A stretch of DNA of 64,000 nucleotides. Origin: Nitrospirota bacterium (GTDB lineage Bacteria; Nitrospirota; UBA9217). A program made the position numbers and the translations under genes. Shown piece after piece: positions 40,954-52,219 of the stretch (positions within the stretch are counted from its first letter, which is position 1; each line of letters starts with the position of its first letter). Location: the NCBI GenBank assembly GCA_963796285.1, contig CAWCKW010000013.1:384001-448000 (forward strand), given 5' to 3'. Below the pieces are notes generated by a model that saw only the letters and a list, made by a program, of their open reading frames with translations, did no database searches and had not been told where the DNA came from.

Positions 40954-41212
40954 GCATATATTTTATCATACTTTCGTACGAAGACAAGAAGAGAAAGCGG
41001 GAATTTCAACGAGGACGAATAGTTCTGGTTCGATACAGTATTTGTTTGGATGCAGGAACAATAGGACATGTTTAGCGGTATCCGGCTGAACAATCCGATC
41101 GTGGAGGTCGTTGCTGTGTGCGATGTCTATGATGCCCCTGTCCTGTCCAGGCGTTTCATAAAAAAGGTCTAGAGCTTGTCTATACGTCTCCACATATTCC
41201 TTGAAGAAGATC

Positions 41213-41965
41213 TCAAATCTTTCCAACAGGCGCCAGGTAGAGGGTGAACTCATTTTCACCATCAATGCCCAGAAGGTCGTCCATCAACTGCTGGTGATAG
41301 GCGGCGACAGCGCAGGTCCCCGCATTGATGGCAGCGCAGGCCAGGTAGAGGTTCTGACACACGTGTCCCGCGTCAAGCGCGATGACCTTGTGGGCCGCGA
41401 TACCGTAGCGCCATTCCATGCGATAGGGTATCGTTGTCCAGATGAAGGTCATCGGGGCCTTGCTCACAAAGGACTGGTTCAGGGCTGCCGCCGTGAGCTT
41501 CTTCGCCAGACCCGGCGCCCTCGACACGACGAGCAGCTGGTGTTCCACCGGCAGATAGCGGTAGATCCCCGGTTCCAGTCCCGCGACATGCAGCACGCAG
41601 AGATAAGTCTCGAGCGAATGACGGCAGCCGGCGGAAGGGACGGTCCGCTGAGCGGTTGCCTCGTTCGCTTGCTTGCGGATCCCCTGCGTGGCCCAGAGCA
41701 GGAACGATACTTCGTCCAGAGACAGCGGATCACCGGTGAACTGACGATGACTGCTGCGGTTCCGTATGGCGGAAATCAGGTCGATGGTCGAAATGCCCCG
41801 CCACTTCCCGATCGGGACCAGATCGATGCGTTCGCCATCCGCTGCATAGGGCTTTTCGATTGGAGGCGGGGCCACACCCCTGCTTTGATCTGTCTGGCTG
41901 AAATCGATGGTCAGCCGTACCGTGTCCTTTAAAAAATACCGGTATTGGTCCAGCAAGGTCGGCAT
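41213..41965 (-). CDS. SagB/ThcOx nitroreductase-family dehydrogenase
   Basis: R.S.R.F, LLWATQG, RTVPSAG.RH, DAGHVCQNLYL. Confidence 0.9.
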   Translation of the reverse strand: MPTLLDQYRYFLKDTVRLTIDFSQTDQSRGVAPPPIEKPYAADGERIDLVPIGKWRGISTIDLISAIRNRSSHRQFTGDPLSLDEVSFLLWATQGIRKQANEATAQRTVPSAGCRHSLETYLCVLHVAGLEPGIYRYLPVEHQLLVVSRAPGLAKKLTAAALNQSFVSKAPMTFIWTTIPYRMEWRYGIAAHKVIALDAGHVCQNLYLACAAINAGTCAVAAYHQQLMDDLLGIDGENEFTLYLAPVGKI

Positions 41966-42204
41966 AGGAGTTTCCCTTTCTGCAATGTGGGAATAGAGAG
42001 CACAGAGAAGCGAACGAAGTTGTTGCGCCGCTGTTTCCTTGACTCAGAAATTTTCATTATGCATCATGCATCGCTCGTCGTATCGTTGATAACAGGCAGT
42101 GTGCCGGTTTACAATAGGGATGTTTCTACGTAAAACACTATTGACCTTCCCCGGAGATATTCCCGATCAAGTCTTCGAAAATGACATGCTTTCAGAAATT
42201 ACGA

Positions 42205-42588
42205 TTATTTATGCCAATATGCCTTTTCAAGGGCATCCTGCACCGCATTCATAATGACCCTGCTGCTGTTGGTTGCGCCGGTGACCGCATCGACGTTAGC
42301 TGACTGTTTTTCGATGATCCTGAGAGGAATGATCGGCTCGGCTTTTTTGCCGACCCATGACGCCCAGTGGCGGATGAGAACAACATCGGCAATCGTACCT
42401 TCTTTGACCGTTACCTTTACCCGGGCGCTGTTCGGCCAGCTGCTGTAACTGCCTTCGTAGACACCATCCTCAAGCCGTTCCGCCGTAATAGGCCCTCCGA
42501 TGAGGGGAGCTTTCGTACAGTCAGTGAACACTACGCTCATGATGATGAGACTCAGTATAGTCGCCGGCAATTTCCCGGGAGTGTTCAT
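42205..42588 (-). CDS. FMN-binding domain lipoprotein
   Basis: DGVYEG, VDAVTGATNSS flavinylation motif. Confidence 0.88.
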   Translation of the reverse strand: MNTPGKLPATILSLIIMSVVFTDCTKAPLIGGPITAERLEDGVYEGSYSSWPNSARVKVTVKEGTIADVVLIRHWASWVGKKAEPIIPLRIIEKQSANVDAVTGATNSSRVIMNAVQDALEKAYWHK

Positions 42589-42876
42589 ACGCGGGTCCTT
42601 TATCAGCGCTCAGGCAACCGGCGCCATCTACTAGGCATAAATGATGTTCCCTTCAAGTATACACCAGGACAAGCGTGACGTGAGACCCACATGTGCCTGT
42701 TTCGAAGCAGGTACGAGGCAAACTCATGATCATCCGGCAGAACGGGCTGATTTTATTGTGTTACACAAGCAGACAGAAGGTTGGTTGGAACAATGATACG
42801 ATAGAGGCAATGTGCAGGATTGCGCTACGATGTCTTCGGTTGCATCCACGAGAATGGTCGGCGGAAGATCCGGTTC

Positions 42877-43908
42877 TTACAGCGTTGCGATCGGGCGGGA
42901 GCAGCCGATCGCGCAGGTGTGCTTCTGCTTCTTCGTCGCCATGAGCGCCCGGTCCGCGGACAGGACCAGGTCCGGGGTGTTTTTCCCGTCATGGGGGTAC
43001 GCGGCAATCCCGATCGAGACCGACAGCATATGTCCCGTGCCGGAGATCGCGGTAAAGCCCTCTTCGATCTCCTGCTTGATCCGGTTGGCGAACATATTGT
43101 ATGCCTTATCAAGTTTGGTCTCGGGCAGGATGATCGCGATCTCGTCGCCGCCATATCGTGCAGCAATATCGATGCTGCGGATGGCCTTTCTGATCGCTTC
43201 GCCGAGCGCGGACAGGGCATGGTCGCCGGCCTGGTGGCCGTAGGTGTCGTTGTACTTCTTGAAGTCGTTCACATCCACGAGGGCGAGCGAGAACTCCCTC
43301 TCATGCCGCTCCGCCCGCTGAAGCTCCCGGCTCATGAGGTCTTCAAAGCAGCGGCGGTTGAACAGACCGGTGATGCTGTCGGTGATGGCCTGCAGTCTGA
43401 TCGTTGAATGGGCCTGCGCATTGTGGATAGCGATCGACGCGAACGAGGCGAGGATCTCGAGGTTCTGGAGGTCTTCGGACGCGAAATTCCTTGGCGCAAA
43501 GTCATTGACATAGAGAATACCGACGACCTCGCCGGAATAGTTGAGCGGCATGCAAATAAGGGACTTGATGCCTTCCTGGATCGCGACGGGGCTGGTGAAG
43601 AAGTCCTTGTTCGCGGTGCCATTGATGACGGTTGCTGCCCGTGATTTGATGATCCGGTCCGTGAACCCACCCTGCCTCACCTGCCATTCGCGGCTGGCAA
43701 TGAATCTCCGGGTGAACCCCCGGTGCGCATGGATGCGCATGGTCTCGGTATCCGATGAGTAGAGAGCGATGCTGCCGGCACGGGTCTTGGTGATCTCCAT
43801 AGCCTTTTCAAGTATGATGGAAAGCACATTGTCGATGTCCAGGTGAGACACCACGGCTTTGGCAGTCTCCATGATATCGAGCATTCCTATGTTATTCTTC
43901 AAAGGCAC
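42877..43908 (-). CDS. GAF-GGDEF diguanylate cyclase
   Basis: D.ITGLFNRR, FK.YNDTYGH..GD, RSID I-site, RYGGDEI. Confidence 0.93.
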   Translation of the reverse strand: MPLKNNIGMLDIMETAKAVVSHLDIDNVLSIILEKAMEITKTRAGSIALYSSDTETMRIHAHRGFTRRFIASREWQVRQGGFTDRIIKSRAATVINGTANKDFFTSPVAIQEGIKSLICMPLNYSGEVVGILYVNDFAPRNFASEDLQNLEILASFASIAIHNAQAHSTIRLQAITDSITGLFNRRCFEDLMSRELQRAERHEREFSLALVDVNDFKKYNDTYGHQAGDHALSALGEAIRKAIRSIDIAARYGGDEIAIILPETKLDKAYNMFANRIKQEIEEGFTAISGTGHMLSVSIGIAAYPHDGKNTPDLVLSADRALMATKKQKHTCAIGCSRPIATL

Positions 43909-44277
43909 AGTGATCGTTCCTCCGCATATCGCCGCTTATACTGGACATTGGCCAGGGAACAGGATTGCCGCCGTTCCATTGTTCTTGTTATAGCATATTC
44001 TTTTTTATATTTAGGTCAATCACCCAGGGCGGGTATTTTAAGGGTATGTGTCAATAATACAGCGGCAACATATGAAGGACAAACTATGTAGTAACAACAA
44101 TGAAAATACAGATTTTTTCCTCGTCATGCAATGGATTCTCTTGACGTGAAGTTGCTGCTTTCATGAAAATATAACAACTATTTCATTGATCTTAGAGCAA
44201 GAGAGAATCTAGGCGCGGCGGGGTCACACTTCCGTGCCAGGAGGAATCGTAAAATGCGAACTAGATATGATGATGCG

Positions 44278-45262
44278 CTAGGATGCGCCCTCAAAGAAAA
44301 TTCCAGCCCTCTCCCGCGCTTCATCCACGCTCGCACTGGACTGGACCCTGGTTGCCAGGAGGTGTCCGAACTGATAGTTTTTAGCGAAATAATGGGTGAA
44401 TTCCTTGAGCCTGCCCAGACGTCGTTCAGGCCGGAAATGCTCGGTGATAAGTTCGAGAAAGGTGCCGTACACCTTTTGCAAGGACACGGCCGGCTCCGCG
44501 ACAGTGCAGCCGTACACGTCCCGTGCAATTTCAGCGAACAGCCAGGGTCGCGTCACTGCCCCTCGGCCGAGCATCAGACCGTCAGCCCTGGAGACGCGCA
44601 GACAATCTTCCGCGTCCTGCACAGAGAAGATCCCTCCATTGGCGACAACGGGGATCGTGAGCCAGTCCTTTACCCTGGCGACCCACTCCCATCGCGGCCT
44701 TCTGTCAAAGGACTCTTTCTTGAGCCGGGCATGGACCGAGAGCATATCGATGCCTTCGTCTTCGAGCATGGTGCAGAAGTCCCTTAATTTCCGCTCGTCC
44801 AGTTCAAGGCCGAGCCGGATCTTTGCGGAAAGGGGCAGCATAGTGCGCTTCCGCGCCTCTGCCACGAGTGCGCGGACATCCTCCGGCCGTTCCATCAGCG
44901 AGATGCCCGCGCCGGACCTGCCGACAGCCGGAGCGGGGCAGCCCAGGTTCAGATCAATGGCATCGGCTTTGAGTGTGTGCAGCACCTCGATGGCCGGTGC
45001 CATCTCTCTGGCCGAGGGAGATCAGGAGCTGATAGGAAAGCGGTTTTTCCAAGGCAGTCCTGATCAGGTACGGGGAGATCCTGGGATTTTCAGAGGGCAG
45101 CCTTTTTGCCGCGAGCATTTCCGTTGATAAAAGACCGACCCCGCCAAAGCCGAGCACGATCTGCCGGAGGGCGCTGTGGGTAAGGCCCGCCATCGGCGCA
45201 AGAATGAGCGGCGGACTGATCTGTAGATCGCGGATCCGAATGTGTTGGCAAGGTGTGTGCAT
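44278..45262 (-). CDS. dus: tRNA-dihydrouridine synthase family; +1 indel near 45017
   Basis: LAPMAG, DLNLGCP, VHAR, ANGGI, MLGRG split over two frames. Confidence 0.88.
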
Positions 45263-45640
45263 TCTGTTTTCAGCGCGTATTCATGCTGCGGGGATGGCCA
45301 ACGGCCTGACAACCGTGGAGGGACTATAACACCTGTGAGGCCGGATGGCAAGTACGCAGATCTGATCAGGACAGCGTTGAGAGGAATAACTCGCCTGTGC
45401 TATGAATTGACTTATTCGTAAAAAGTCCAGGTCTACCGCTGAGACACAGGAGGCGCCGAGAGCATTCTTTAATATAAATCAATTTGTATTTCTCCGTGTC
45501 TCCGTTCTATGGCCGCAAGTTTTACGCGAGAGCAGGCTACGCCTCTGCGGTAAATTAATGACTTAATTATGAGAAATCATCACTATTTTGACCCGTACCG
45601 TAGGAGCTATTGTTCTTTAGTGGAACAAAGGAGAGCCGCC

Positions 45641-46954
45641 ATGATGAGTACCTCATTGCACCCGGACCTGCCGTTGATCCAGGATGCCGATCTGGAGGGG
45701 AAGGTCGTCCTGGTCCGGTTCGACCATAACGTCGTGAAGGACGGAGCGATCCGGGACCCCTTCCGCATCGACCGCACCATCGGCACGCTCTTCCATATCG
45801 TCGAGCGGGGGGGCAGGCCCATCATGATGACCCATGTGGGCAGGCCCCGGGACAAGAAGTCCGATACCATTACCTGCAGGCCCGAAGAGTCCGTCGAGCC
45901 GATCGTGCGCTATCTCGAGCAGAAGCTTCATTCAAAACTGTATCTCCCCCGCTTCCCGGTTGATCCGAAGCAGGGGATAACCGGGATCGATACGTCCATC
46001 AACCTTGCGGTCAGGGACCTGCGGGAGCGGAAGATCGGAGGGATCTACCTTCCGAACACCCGGTGGTTCCAGGGAGAGGAGGCCGAGGGAGAGCTCCGGG
46101 AGCGCTTCGCGCTCCAGCTTGCCGGCCTGGCCGACATCTACGTGAACGACGCCTTCGGCTCGTGGCAGCCCCATGCCTCGACGGAGAACATCACCCGGCT
46201 CGTCCCCTCGTACGCGGGCTTCCTGCTCCAGCAGGAGATCATGCACCTCGAAGGCGTCATGAACCCGGACCGGCCCTTCCTCGCCGTGGTCGCAGGCGCA
46301 AAGTACGACACCAAGATAAAGCCCTTGAACGCCATCTACGACAAGGTGGACCGGCTGGTGCTCGGCGGGGTCATCTACAATACCTACCTCTGCGCAAAAT
46401 ACCAGGTCAGCATCAGCGGGGTGAGTAACGAGGACCGCGCGCTTGCGCAGGAACTGGTCCACAAGGACCGCGAGCGGAAGAAGATCGTCGAACTGCCCTT
46501 TATCGTGGAATCGGATGTCAGGGAGGGAAGGATCGAAGGCAGGTACCGGACCATCTCCGTCAAGGACTTCAAGCCCGGCAATTCCTACGGATACGTCATG
46601 GACATCGACCCGCGGTCCTTCGAGGAAAAGACCGTCGCCGAGGCCATTCAGACCGCAAAGACCATCTTCGTCAATGCCGTCATGGGATACACTCCCCACT
46701 TTTCCGCCGGGTCCCAGGCCCTCGACAACACCATCGACCTGAACCGGGACGCCATGAAGATGTACGGCGGCGGAGATACCCTCCAGGAGTTCAAGAACCT
46801 TCTGCCGGGCCTGTATCTGTCCGTCATGGACGACGCGAGCTACTACTTCTTCACCGGCGGCGGCACCGTGCTCACGGCGATCGAGCACGGAAGCCCCTAC
46901 AGCCTCAAGCCGGTGCAGGCGTTGATGGAGGCGAAAAGGAGACAAGGGGAATGA
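45641..46954 (+). CDS. pgk: Divergent phosphoglycerate kinase
   Basis: RFDHNV, THVGRP, VNDAFG, GGGDT, TGGG. Confidence 0.8.
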   Translation: MMSTSLHPDLPLIQDADLEGKVVLVRFDHNVVKDGAIRDPFRIDRTIGTLFHIVERGGRPIMMTHVGRPRDKKSDTITCRPEESVEPIVRYLEQKLHSKLYLPRFPVDPKQGITGIDTSINLAVRDLRERKIGGIYLPNTRWFQGEEAEGELRERFALQLAGLADIYVNDAFGSWQPHASTENITRLVPSYAGFLLQQEIMHLEGVMNPDRPFLAVVAGAKYDTKIKPLNAIYDKVDRLVLGGVIYNTYLCAKYQVSISGVSNEDRALAQELVHKDRERKKIVELPFIVESDVREGRIEGRYRTISVKDFKPGNSYGYVMDIDPRSFEEKTVAEAIQTAKTIFVNAVMGYTPHFSAGSQALDNTIDLNRDAMKMYGGGDTLQEFKNLLPGLYLSVMDDASYYFFTGGGTVLTAIEHGSPYSLKPVQALMEAKRRQGE

Positions 46955-47005
46955 AACGACAAGAGATCGCGTACGCTGCTCTTGCGATAACACGGGCACA
47001 GGCAG

Positions 47006-47240
47006 AGGCGCAAAGCTCGCAAAGAAAGGCTAAATTATTTCTAAAAGATACGACCGTACCAAATGCCAAACCTTTTCGCGCAAAGCCGTAGCCTGCTGTT
47101 GCCAAAACGCGGCCATAAACAAAGTCGCAAAGAACGTCAACTACATGGGAAACTTGATACGTTCGTAAGAAAACAATCAAGCCTGATTCAGAATGTACAC
47201 GAGACCTGCTTTCCTTTGCGACTTTGCGTCTTTGCGAGAG
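47006..47240. repeat. Inverted repeat element made of CGCAAAG/CTTTGCG units
   Basis: gcgcaaagctcgcaaag ... ctttgcgactttgcgtctttgcgag. Confidence 0.65.
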
Positions 47241-47303
47241 AACAATTTTCGGTTTTGATTTTTTTAGTTCCGGTTTGTCCGGGTTAGGGTTTGAGGTGAG
47301 ACA

Positions 47304-48350
47304 ATGCGATATCGAAATCTTGGAAGAACGGGCCTGTATGTATCCGAGCTGTGTTTGGGCACCATGACCTTCGGAGGAAAAGGAGTCTGGGAAGCCATTG
47401 GACGGCTGACGGCTGACGACGCGGAGGCGCTCATCGGCACGGCCCTTGATGCCGGTGTGAACTTCATCGATACGGCTGATGTCTACTCGGAGGGTGTTTC
47501 GGAAACGTTCGTGGGCGCGGCGCTCGCCAGGCTCGGCAGGCCGCGCGAGCAAACGATCATCGCCACGAAGGTCCGCGGCCGCACAGGCCCCGGTCCGAAC
47601 CAAGCGGGCCTTTCGCGCAGCCACATCCTCGCCTCGATCGACGCGAGTCTGCGCCGCCTGAACCTGGACTTCATCGACCTTTACCAGATCCACGGCGCTG
47701 ACCTCCAGACACCGATCGAAGAGACTATGCAGGCTCTCGACGACGTGGTGCGGGCCGGCAAGGTCCGCTACGTAGGGTTCTGCAATCTTCCCGCGTGGAT
47801 GGCGATGAAGGCGCTTGCCTGCTCCGATGCCCATGGCTGGGCGCGCTTTGTCAGCGCGCAGATGCACTACTCGATCGCAAGCCGCGACATCGAGCGCGAG
47901 GTCGTGCCGCTTGCCCGGGACCAGGGTCTCGCGGTGCTCCCCTGGAGCCCCCTTGCAGGCGGCCTGCTTTCAGGCAAATTCGACATGGAGAATCCCGGGC
48001 CGGCGGGCGCGCGTCGTACGTCCTATGACTTCCCGCCGGTCGATCGCGAGCGCACGAAGACCGTGCTCAAGACGATGCGGGCTGTTTCAGCGGATACCGG
48101 CCTGTCTGTTGCCCGGGTCGCCCTTGCGTGGCTCTTGACGCGGCCCTTTGTCACCAGCGTCATCATTGGAGCAAAAACGCGGGACCAGCTCGCAGACAAC
48201 CTCGCCGCAAGCGATGTGCGACTTGCCCCCGGCCAGATTGCACAGCTCGATGCCGTAAGCGAGTTGCCGTCCGAGTATCCGGGCTGGATGGTCGCGAGAC
48301 AGAACAAAGACGGCCGGCCTCCGGCTGAGGGAAAGAGCGTGGCCGCGTAA
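47304..48350 (+). CDS. Aldo/keto reductase
   Basis: LGTMTFG, DTADVY, IDLYQIH, WSPLAGG. Confidence 0.95.
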   Translation: MRYRNLGRTGLYVSELCLGTMTFGGKGVWEAIGRLTADDAEALIGTALDAGVNFIDTADVYSEGVSETFVGAALARLGRPREQTIIATKVRGRTGPGPNQAGLSRSHILASIDASLRRLNLDFIDLYQIHGADLQTPIEETMQALDDVVRAGKVRYVGFCNLPAWMAMKALACSDAHGWARFVSAQMHYSIASRDIEREVVPLARDQGLAVLPWSPLAGGLLSGKFDMENPGPAGARRTSYDFPPVDRERTKTVLKTMRAVSADTGLSVARVALAWLLTRPFVTSVIIGAKTRDQLADNLAASDVRLAPGQIAQLDAVSELPSEYPGWMVARQNKDGRPPAEGKSVAA

Positions 48351-48404
48351 AGAGCGCAGGGCCTTCACGTTTTCTTTTTGTTGTCCGGCCCGCTTCACTC
48401 ACAC

Positions 48405-49061
48405 CTACTGCTTCTTGAAAACTACATCGGCAAAATAGCTCTCGGCAGAGGTACCGGTATGCTGTGAATTTATCTGGAGCCTGATCCCGTTCACTGCCGG
48501 CGGTTCGGAACCATAGAGCTTTTTGTAATCATCATACACGTTCCGGGTCTCTTCGATCCATTTCCCCAGTTCAGCCGGACCCGAACGCAGCACCACGATC
48601 TTGACCGTCATGAAGGGGACCGGGGACGTGTCTTCCATGAGCCCTGCGGGCGCCGTCGTGTCCCAGATGTAGACGATCGCCTTTGTCTTAGAGAACGCCA
48701 CGAAGAGCTGGGCCGCCTGGTCATCGGTCTTCGACTTCCTGAAGTCGCCGCCCGCCGGAAGTTTGGTCACCTTCCATTTCCAGGTGAGCCAAGGATATTG
48801 CTTGAGGTCCACCTTCACTTCCTTCTGGAGCGAGAAAGACGTGTTGGCGCTCCGGAACCTGCCCGCGGCGACATCTCCGTCCTTGACCACGGCAAAGTCC
48901 GCCTTGCCGGATTTTTCCTTGAGCTCCCAACCCGCAGGGGCCCCTGCCGCGCCGATGTGGGAAGGAAAGTCCGTGATCGCCATCCGGTCCTCAGCCTGGA
49001 CCAGTGGAGCAACAATGAGCACGAAAAACAGAATACTATTGAACACCATTGGGACAGACAT
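48405..49061 (-). CDS. DUF3047 secreted protein
   Basis: Signal peptide, L.W.WKV, DD.AA, YIW, W..E.RNV..DY; AAGGAGG RBS. Confidence 0.8.
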   Translation of the reverse strand: MSVPMVFNSILFFVLIVAPLVQAEDRMAITDFPSHIGAAGAPAGWELKEKSGKADFAVVKDGDVAAGRFRSANTSFSLQKEVKVDLKQYPWLTWKWKVTKLPAGGDFRKSKTDDQAAQLFVAFSKTKAIVYIWDTTAPAGLMEDTSPVPFMTVKIVVLRSGPAELGKWIEETRNVYDDYKKLYGSEPPAVNGIRLQINSQHTGTSAESYFADVVFKKQ

Positions 49062-49199
49062 CGCACACCTCCTTGGATAAAATACCGCCAGCATCCTCCT
49101 TGCCGTGTACTCAACGATTATGCACTTCAACGCCTCGGGTAACGTCGGGGACCCCGCCCTACGATGTTCCCTCTCTGGTAATTGCACAGATCGTCAGGC

Positions 49200-50267
49200 T
49201 CAGATCTTGGCACGCAGATACTGCGACGGCCACGGTACGTCGACGCCCAGGACCCGCGCCGCCTCGAGCGGCCAATACGGTTTGCGCAGCATCTCGCGCG
49301 CGAGCAGCACCGCGTCGGCAAGACCCGTGGCAATGATCTGCTCGGCCTGGATGGGATCGGTGATGAAGCCGACCGTGCCGGTGGCGATATTTACTTGCTG
49401 CCGGATCGCGGTGGCAAACGGGGTCTGGAAACCGGGGCCCGTCGGGATGACGGCATGCGGCACGGTCCCGCCGCCGGAGCAGTCAATGAGATCGATGCCC
49501 GTATCCTTCAAGCGCCGGCAGAGTTCAATGGACTGCGCCAGGTCCCATCCGCCGTCCACCCAGTCGGTGGCGGAGATGCGCGCGAAGACCGGCAGCTCTT
49601 CGGGCCAGACCTCCCTCACCGCGCGGGCAATGCTCAGGGGAAAGCGCATGCGGTTCTCCAGGCTCCCGCCGTATTCGTCCGTTCTGTGGTTCGTGAGCGG
49701 TGACAGGAACTCGTGCAGCAAATAGCCGTGCGCCATATGGATCTCCAGGACCTGAAAACCGGCGGCTTGAGCACGCCGGGCCCCGTCGACGAACTGCCGG
49801 CGAATGGTCTCCAGGTCTTCCGCCGTAATTTCTCGGGGAACGGGATGGCCCGGAGCAAAGGGGATCGGGCTCGGCGCGATTGGCTGCCAGCCGCGATGCT
49901 CCGGTCCCAGCGGCCCTCCTCCCAGCCACGGGAGATCCGTGGAAGCCTTGCGTCCCGCATGGGCGAGTTGGATCCCGGCAACAGCGCCTTGTTCGCGGAT
50001 GAACCTTGCAATAGGAGCAAACGCCGCGGCATGGGCATCGCTCCAGATACCGCTGTCGTCGGGGCTGATCCTGCCTTGCGGGCTCACCGCAGTCGCCTCA
50101 ACATTGACCAGCCCGGCGCCTCCCACTGCGCGGCTTCCCAGATGGACAAGATGCCAGTCGGTAGGCAGGCCGTCGCGGCTCGAATACTGGCACATGGGAG
50201 AAACGAAGATCCTGTTCCGAAAGGTCAGGTCCCGTAATTTCAGGGGAGAGAACAGGCGATTTATCAC
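49200..50267 (-). CDS. NADH:flavin oxidoreductase (YqjM/NamA-like old yellow enzyme)
   Basis: [32 protein letters not shown]. Confidence 0.95.
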   Translation of the reverse strand: MINRLFSPLKLRDLTFRNRIFVSPMCQYSSRDGLPTDWHLVHLGSRAVGGAGLVNVEATAVSPQGRISPDDSGIWSDAHAAAFAPIARFIREQGAVAGIQLAHAGRKASTDLPWLGGGPLGPEHRGWQPIAPSPIPFAPGHPVPREITAEDLETIRRQFVDGARRAQAAGFQVLEIHMAHGYLLHEFLSPLTNHRTDEYGGSLENRMRFPLSIARAVREVWPEELPVFARISATDWVDGGWDLAQSIELCRRLKDTGIDLIDCSGGGTVPHAVIPTGPGFQTPFATAIRQQVNIATGTVGFITDPIQAEQIIATGLADAVLLAREMLRKPYWPLEAARVLGVDVPWPSQYLRAKI

Positions 50268-50385
50268 AACCTTCTCCTTGGCTGGATCGAACAGCCTCTT
50301 TTAGTATTTGAATTCGGATCAAGAGCAGCGACGAACAGTATCAGGCGATAGTTCTTTCTTTGTGAGAAAAGTATATCAGATACAT

Positions 50386-50415
50386 AAAAAAGGGGCTGCA
50401 TAAAGCACCCCTTTT
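50386..50415. terminator. Probable bidirectional terminator
   Basis: aaaaaaggggctgc...gcacccctttt. Confidence 0.6.
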
Positions 50416-50485
50416 GGTCCCTTCCCGACACGACCCCGTTGGGAACGACCGTGCCTTGTTTCAGTTTTCCGCCGGCCTGTCCGGA

Positions 50486-50674
50486 TCAGGCGGCCATTTT
50501 CAGTTTTTCAAGAACGTTCTCCAGCGCGGCCTCGTCCTCTTTTTTCAGATCATCCCGGTCCGTCTTCCGCATTCGTATTTTTGATACGATTATTCCCCTC
50601 ACTTCCGGGATGATGCTTTTCTCCAGTTCGGTCACGAGCAGATCGCGTTCCTTCTTGTTCAGGTCGATGATCAT
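50486..50674 (-). CDS. Hypothetical small protein
   Basis: GAGG RBS; helical, charged 62-aa ORF. Confidence 0.6.
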   Translation of the reverse strand: MIIDLNKKERDLLVTELEKSIIPEVRGIIVSKIRMRKTDRDDLKKEDEAALENVLEKLKMAA

Positions 50675-50784
50675 ATCCGTTTACCTCTTATCCCTTGACG
50701 TTCTTCCCTGCCATCTATTTCAAAACAGGCAGCTTTGGGTCTTACGTCTTGCTGTTATCTATAGTCCGGCATAAGGTCATTGCA

Positions 50785-51685
50785 TCATCTCACGATCAGG
50801 ACGGAACACACTGCATGGTTCAGAATATTTCTTGATACGCTGCCCAGCGTTCCCGTCAATCCCCGGGATCCCCGACAGCCAACAGCGATAAGGTCTGCCT
50901 CCATGGCCTCCCCTGCTTTCAATATTTCCGTTGACGGGTCGCCGACCCGGGAGAGCACCTGTATCTGTTTGAACTTTCTGCCGAGATACGCCCGCGCCTT
51001 TTCGAAGATCTTCTCAGCTTCCGTAAATTCCCGGGTCCTGATACTGCTCACGGCGGCCTTGACCCGCTCATCAATTTCCAGAACGAACTGTTCAGGCACG
51101 TCGAGGAAGTTCGACGGGATCACATGCACGATCGTGATCTCGGTAGTCATCGGGAAAAGGAAGGGAAGTCAGGAACTCGGCGGTTGCGCGGGAATGGTCG
51201 GATCCGTCAGCGGCGAAAAGGACCCGCATCCTCTCCGCTGGCACGGGTGGCTGCTGTTTTACGATGAGGACCGGTTTCGGGGCATTGTTCGCGACCGCTC
51301 TCGATACGCTTCCGATAAAGACCGATGCAAGCCCTTTTGTTCCGCTCGCCCCCATCACAATGAGGTCCATGCCCGACGCTTCGGCCGCCTTGATGATGCA
51401 CTGCTCCGGCGTACACGGGTGCAGGGTACCTTCTTCGATCTCCACGCTGATGGCTGCCCGGACAGGCTTGAGGATCGCAACCGCTGAATCGAGGATCTTG
51501 GGTGCGCATTCCTTTTTTATCGACTGCAGGGTCGTCCAGTAGAATTTTTCGTCGTAATGAAAGGGGACCGCGTAAACAGAATGGAAGACCGTGATCGCAT
51601 CATCAGGTGACCATGCCATTCGGGTCAGGAACGATGCCGCACCCTCCGAGGAGAGAGAACCGTCTGTTGCCAGTAAAACTTTCAT
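50785..51685 (-). CDS. Tandem universal stress protein; indel near 51145
   Basis: LLATDGS, DLIVMGA.G......IGSVS; second domain ends LGSVSR.IL.HA.CSVLIVR. Confidence 0.88.
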
Positions 51686-51958
51686 GGGTGCTCACCTTTT
51701 TTGGAACACCGAAGCGGAGTGCATATCCAGAAGTGTTGTCTCATAGCGCGGTTCAACCTCTCCCGTTAGCCGTCCGTTGACCCGGACAGTTAAATTATAG
51801 CATATCCGATGAACAGTATTTTTTGGGTAGAAGATACCCGTAAGCCTAAAGGCTCTCCCTGGACTCTCACAAAATCCATATGTCCCGCAGTTCGCCACCT
51901 GCAATGTCAGGAGAAAAACGTCTATAATTAGGAAATGAGCCGCCCATCAGGTCCTGAC

Positions 51959-52201
51959 ATGGTGCGCATCGACGGTTCCTTCGGCAAAGGCGGAGGCCAG
52001 CTCTTGCGTACGTCTCTCGCCCTGTCCTGCGTGCTCGGAAAACCAATGAAGATCACGAACATCCGCAGAGCCAGGAAGAACGCCGGACTCCAGACGCAGC
52101 ATCTCACAGCGGTCATGGCTGCCGCGTCCATTGCCGGCGCCGAGGTCCAGGGCGCGGAAGGCCGGGTCGTGATACGCCCCCTGTTCGTTCAGACCACGTG
52201 A
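51959..52201 (+). pseudogene. rtcA: Internally deleted RNA 3'-terminal phosphate cyclase
   Basis: [20 protein letters not shown]...NIR..R...GL..QH; only about 80 aa. Confidence 0.8.
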
Positions 52202-52219
52202 CCAGAAGGGAGGGAGGCC

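Noticed and set aside
41213-41965. RiPP (azole) biosynthesis cluster around the SagB-like gene
   Set aside because: There is no YcaO, precursor peptide or transporter nearby; stand-alone members of this family are common in anaerobes.
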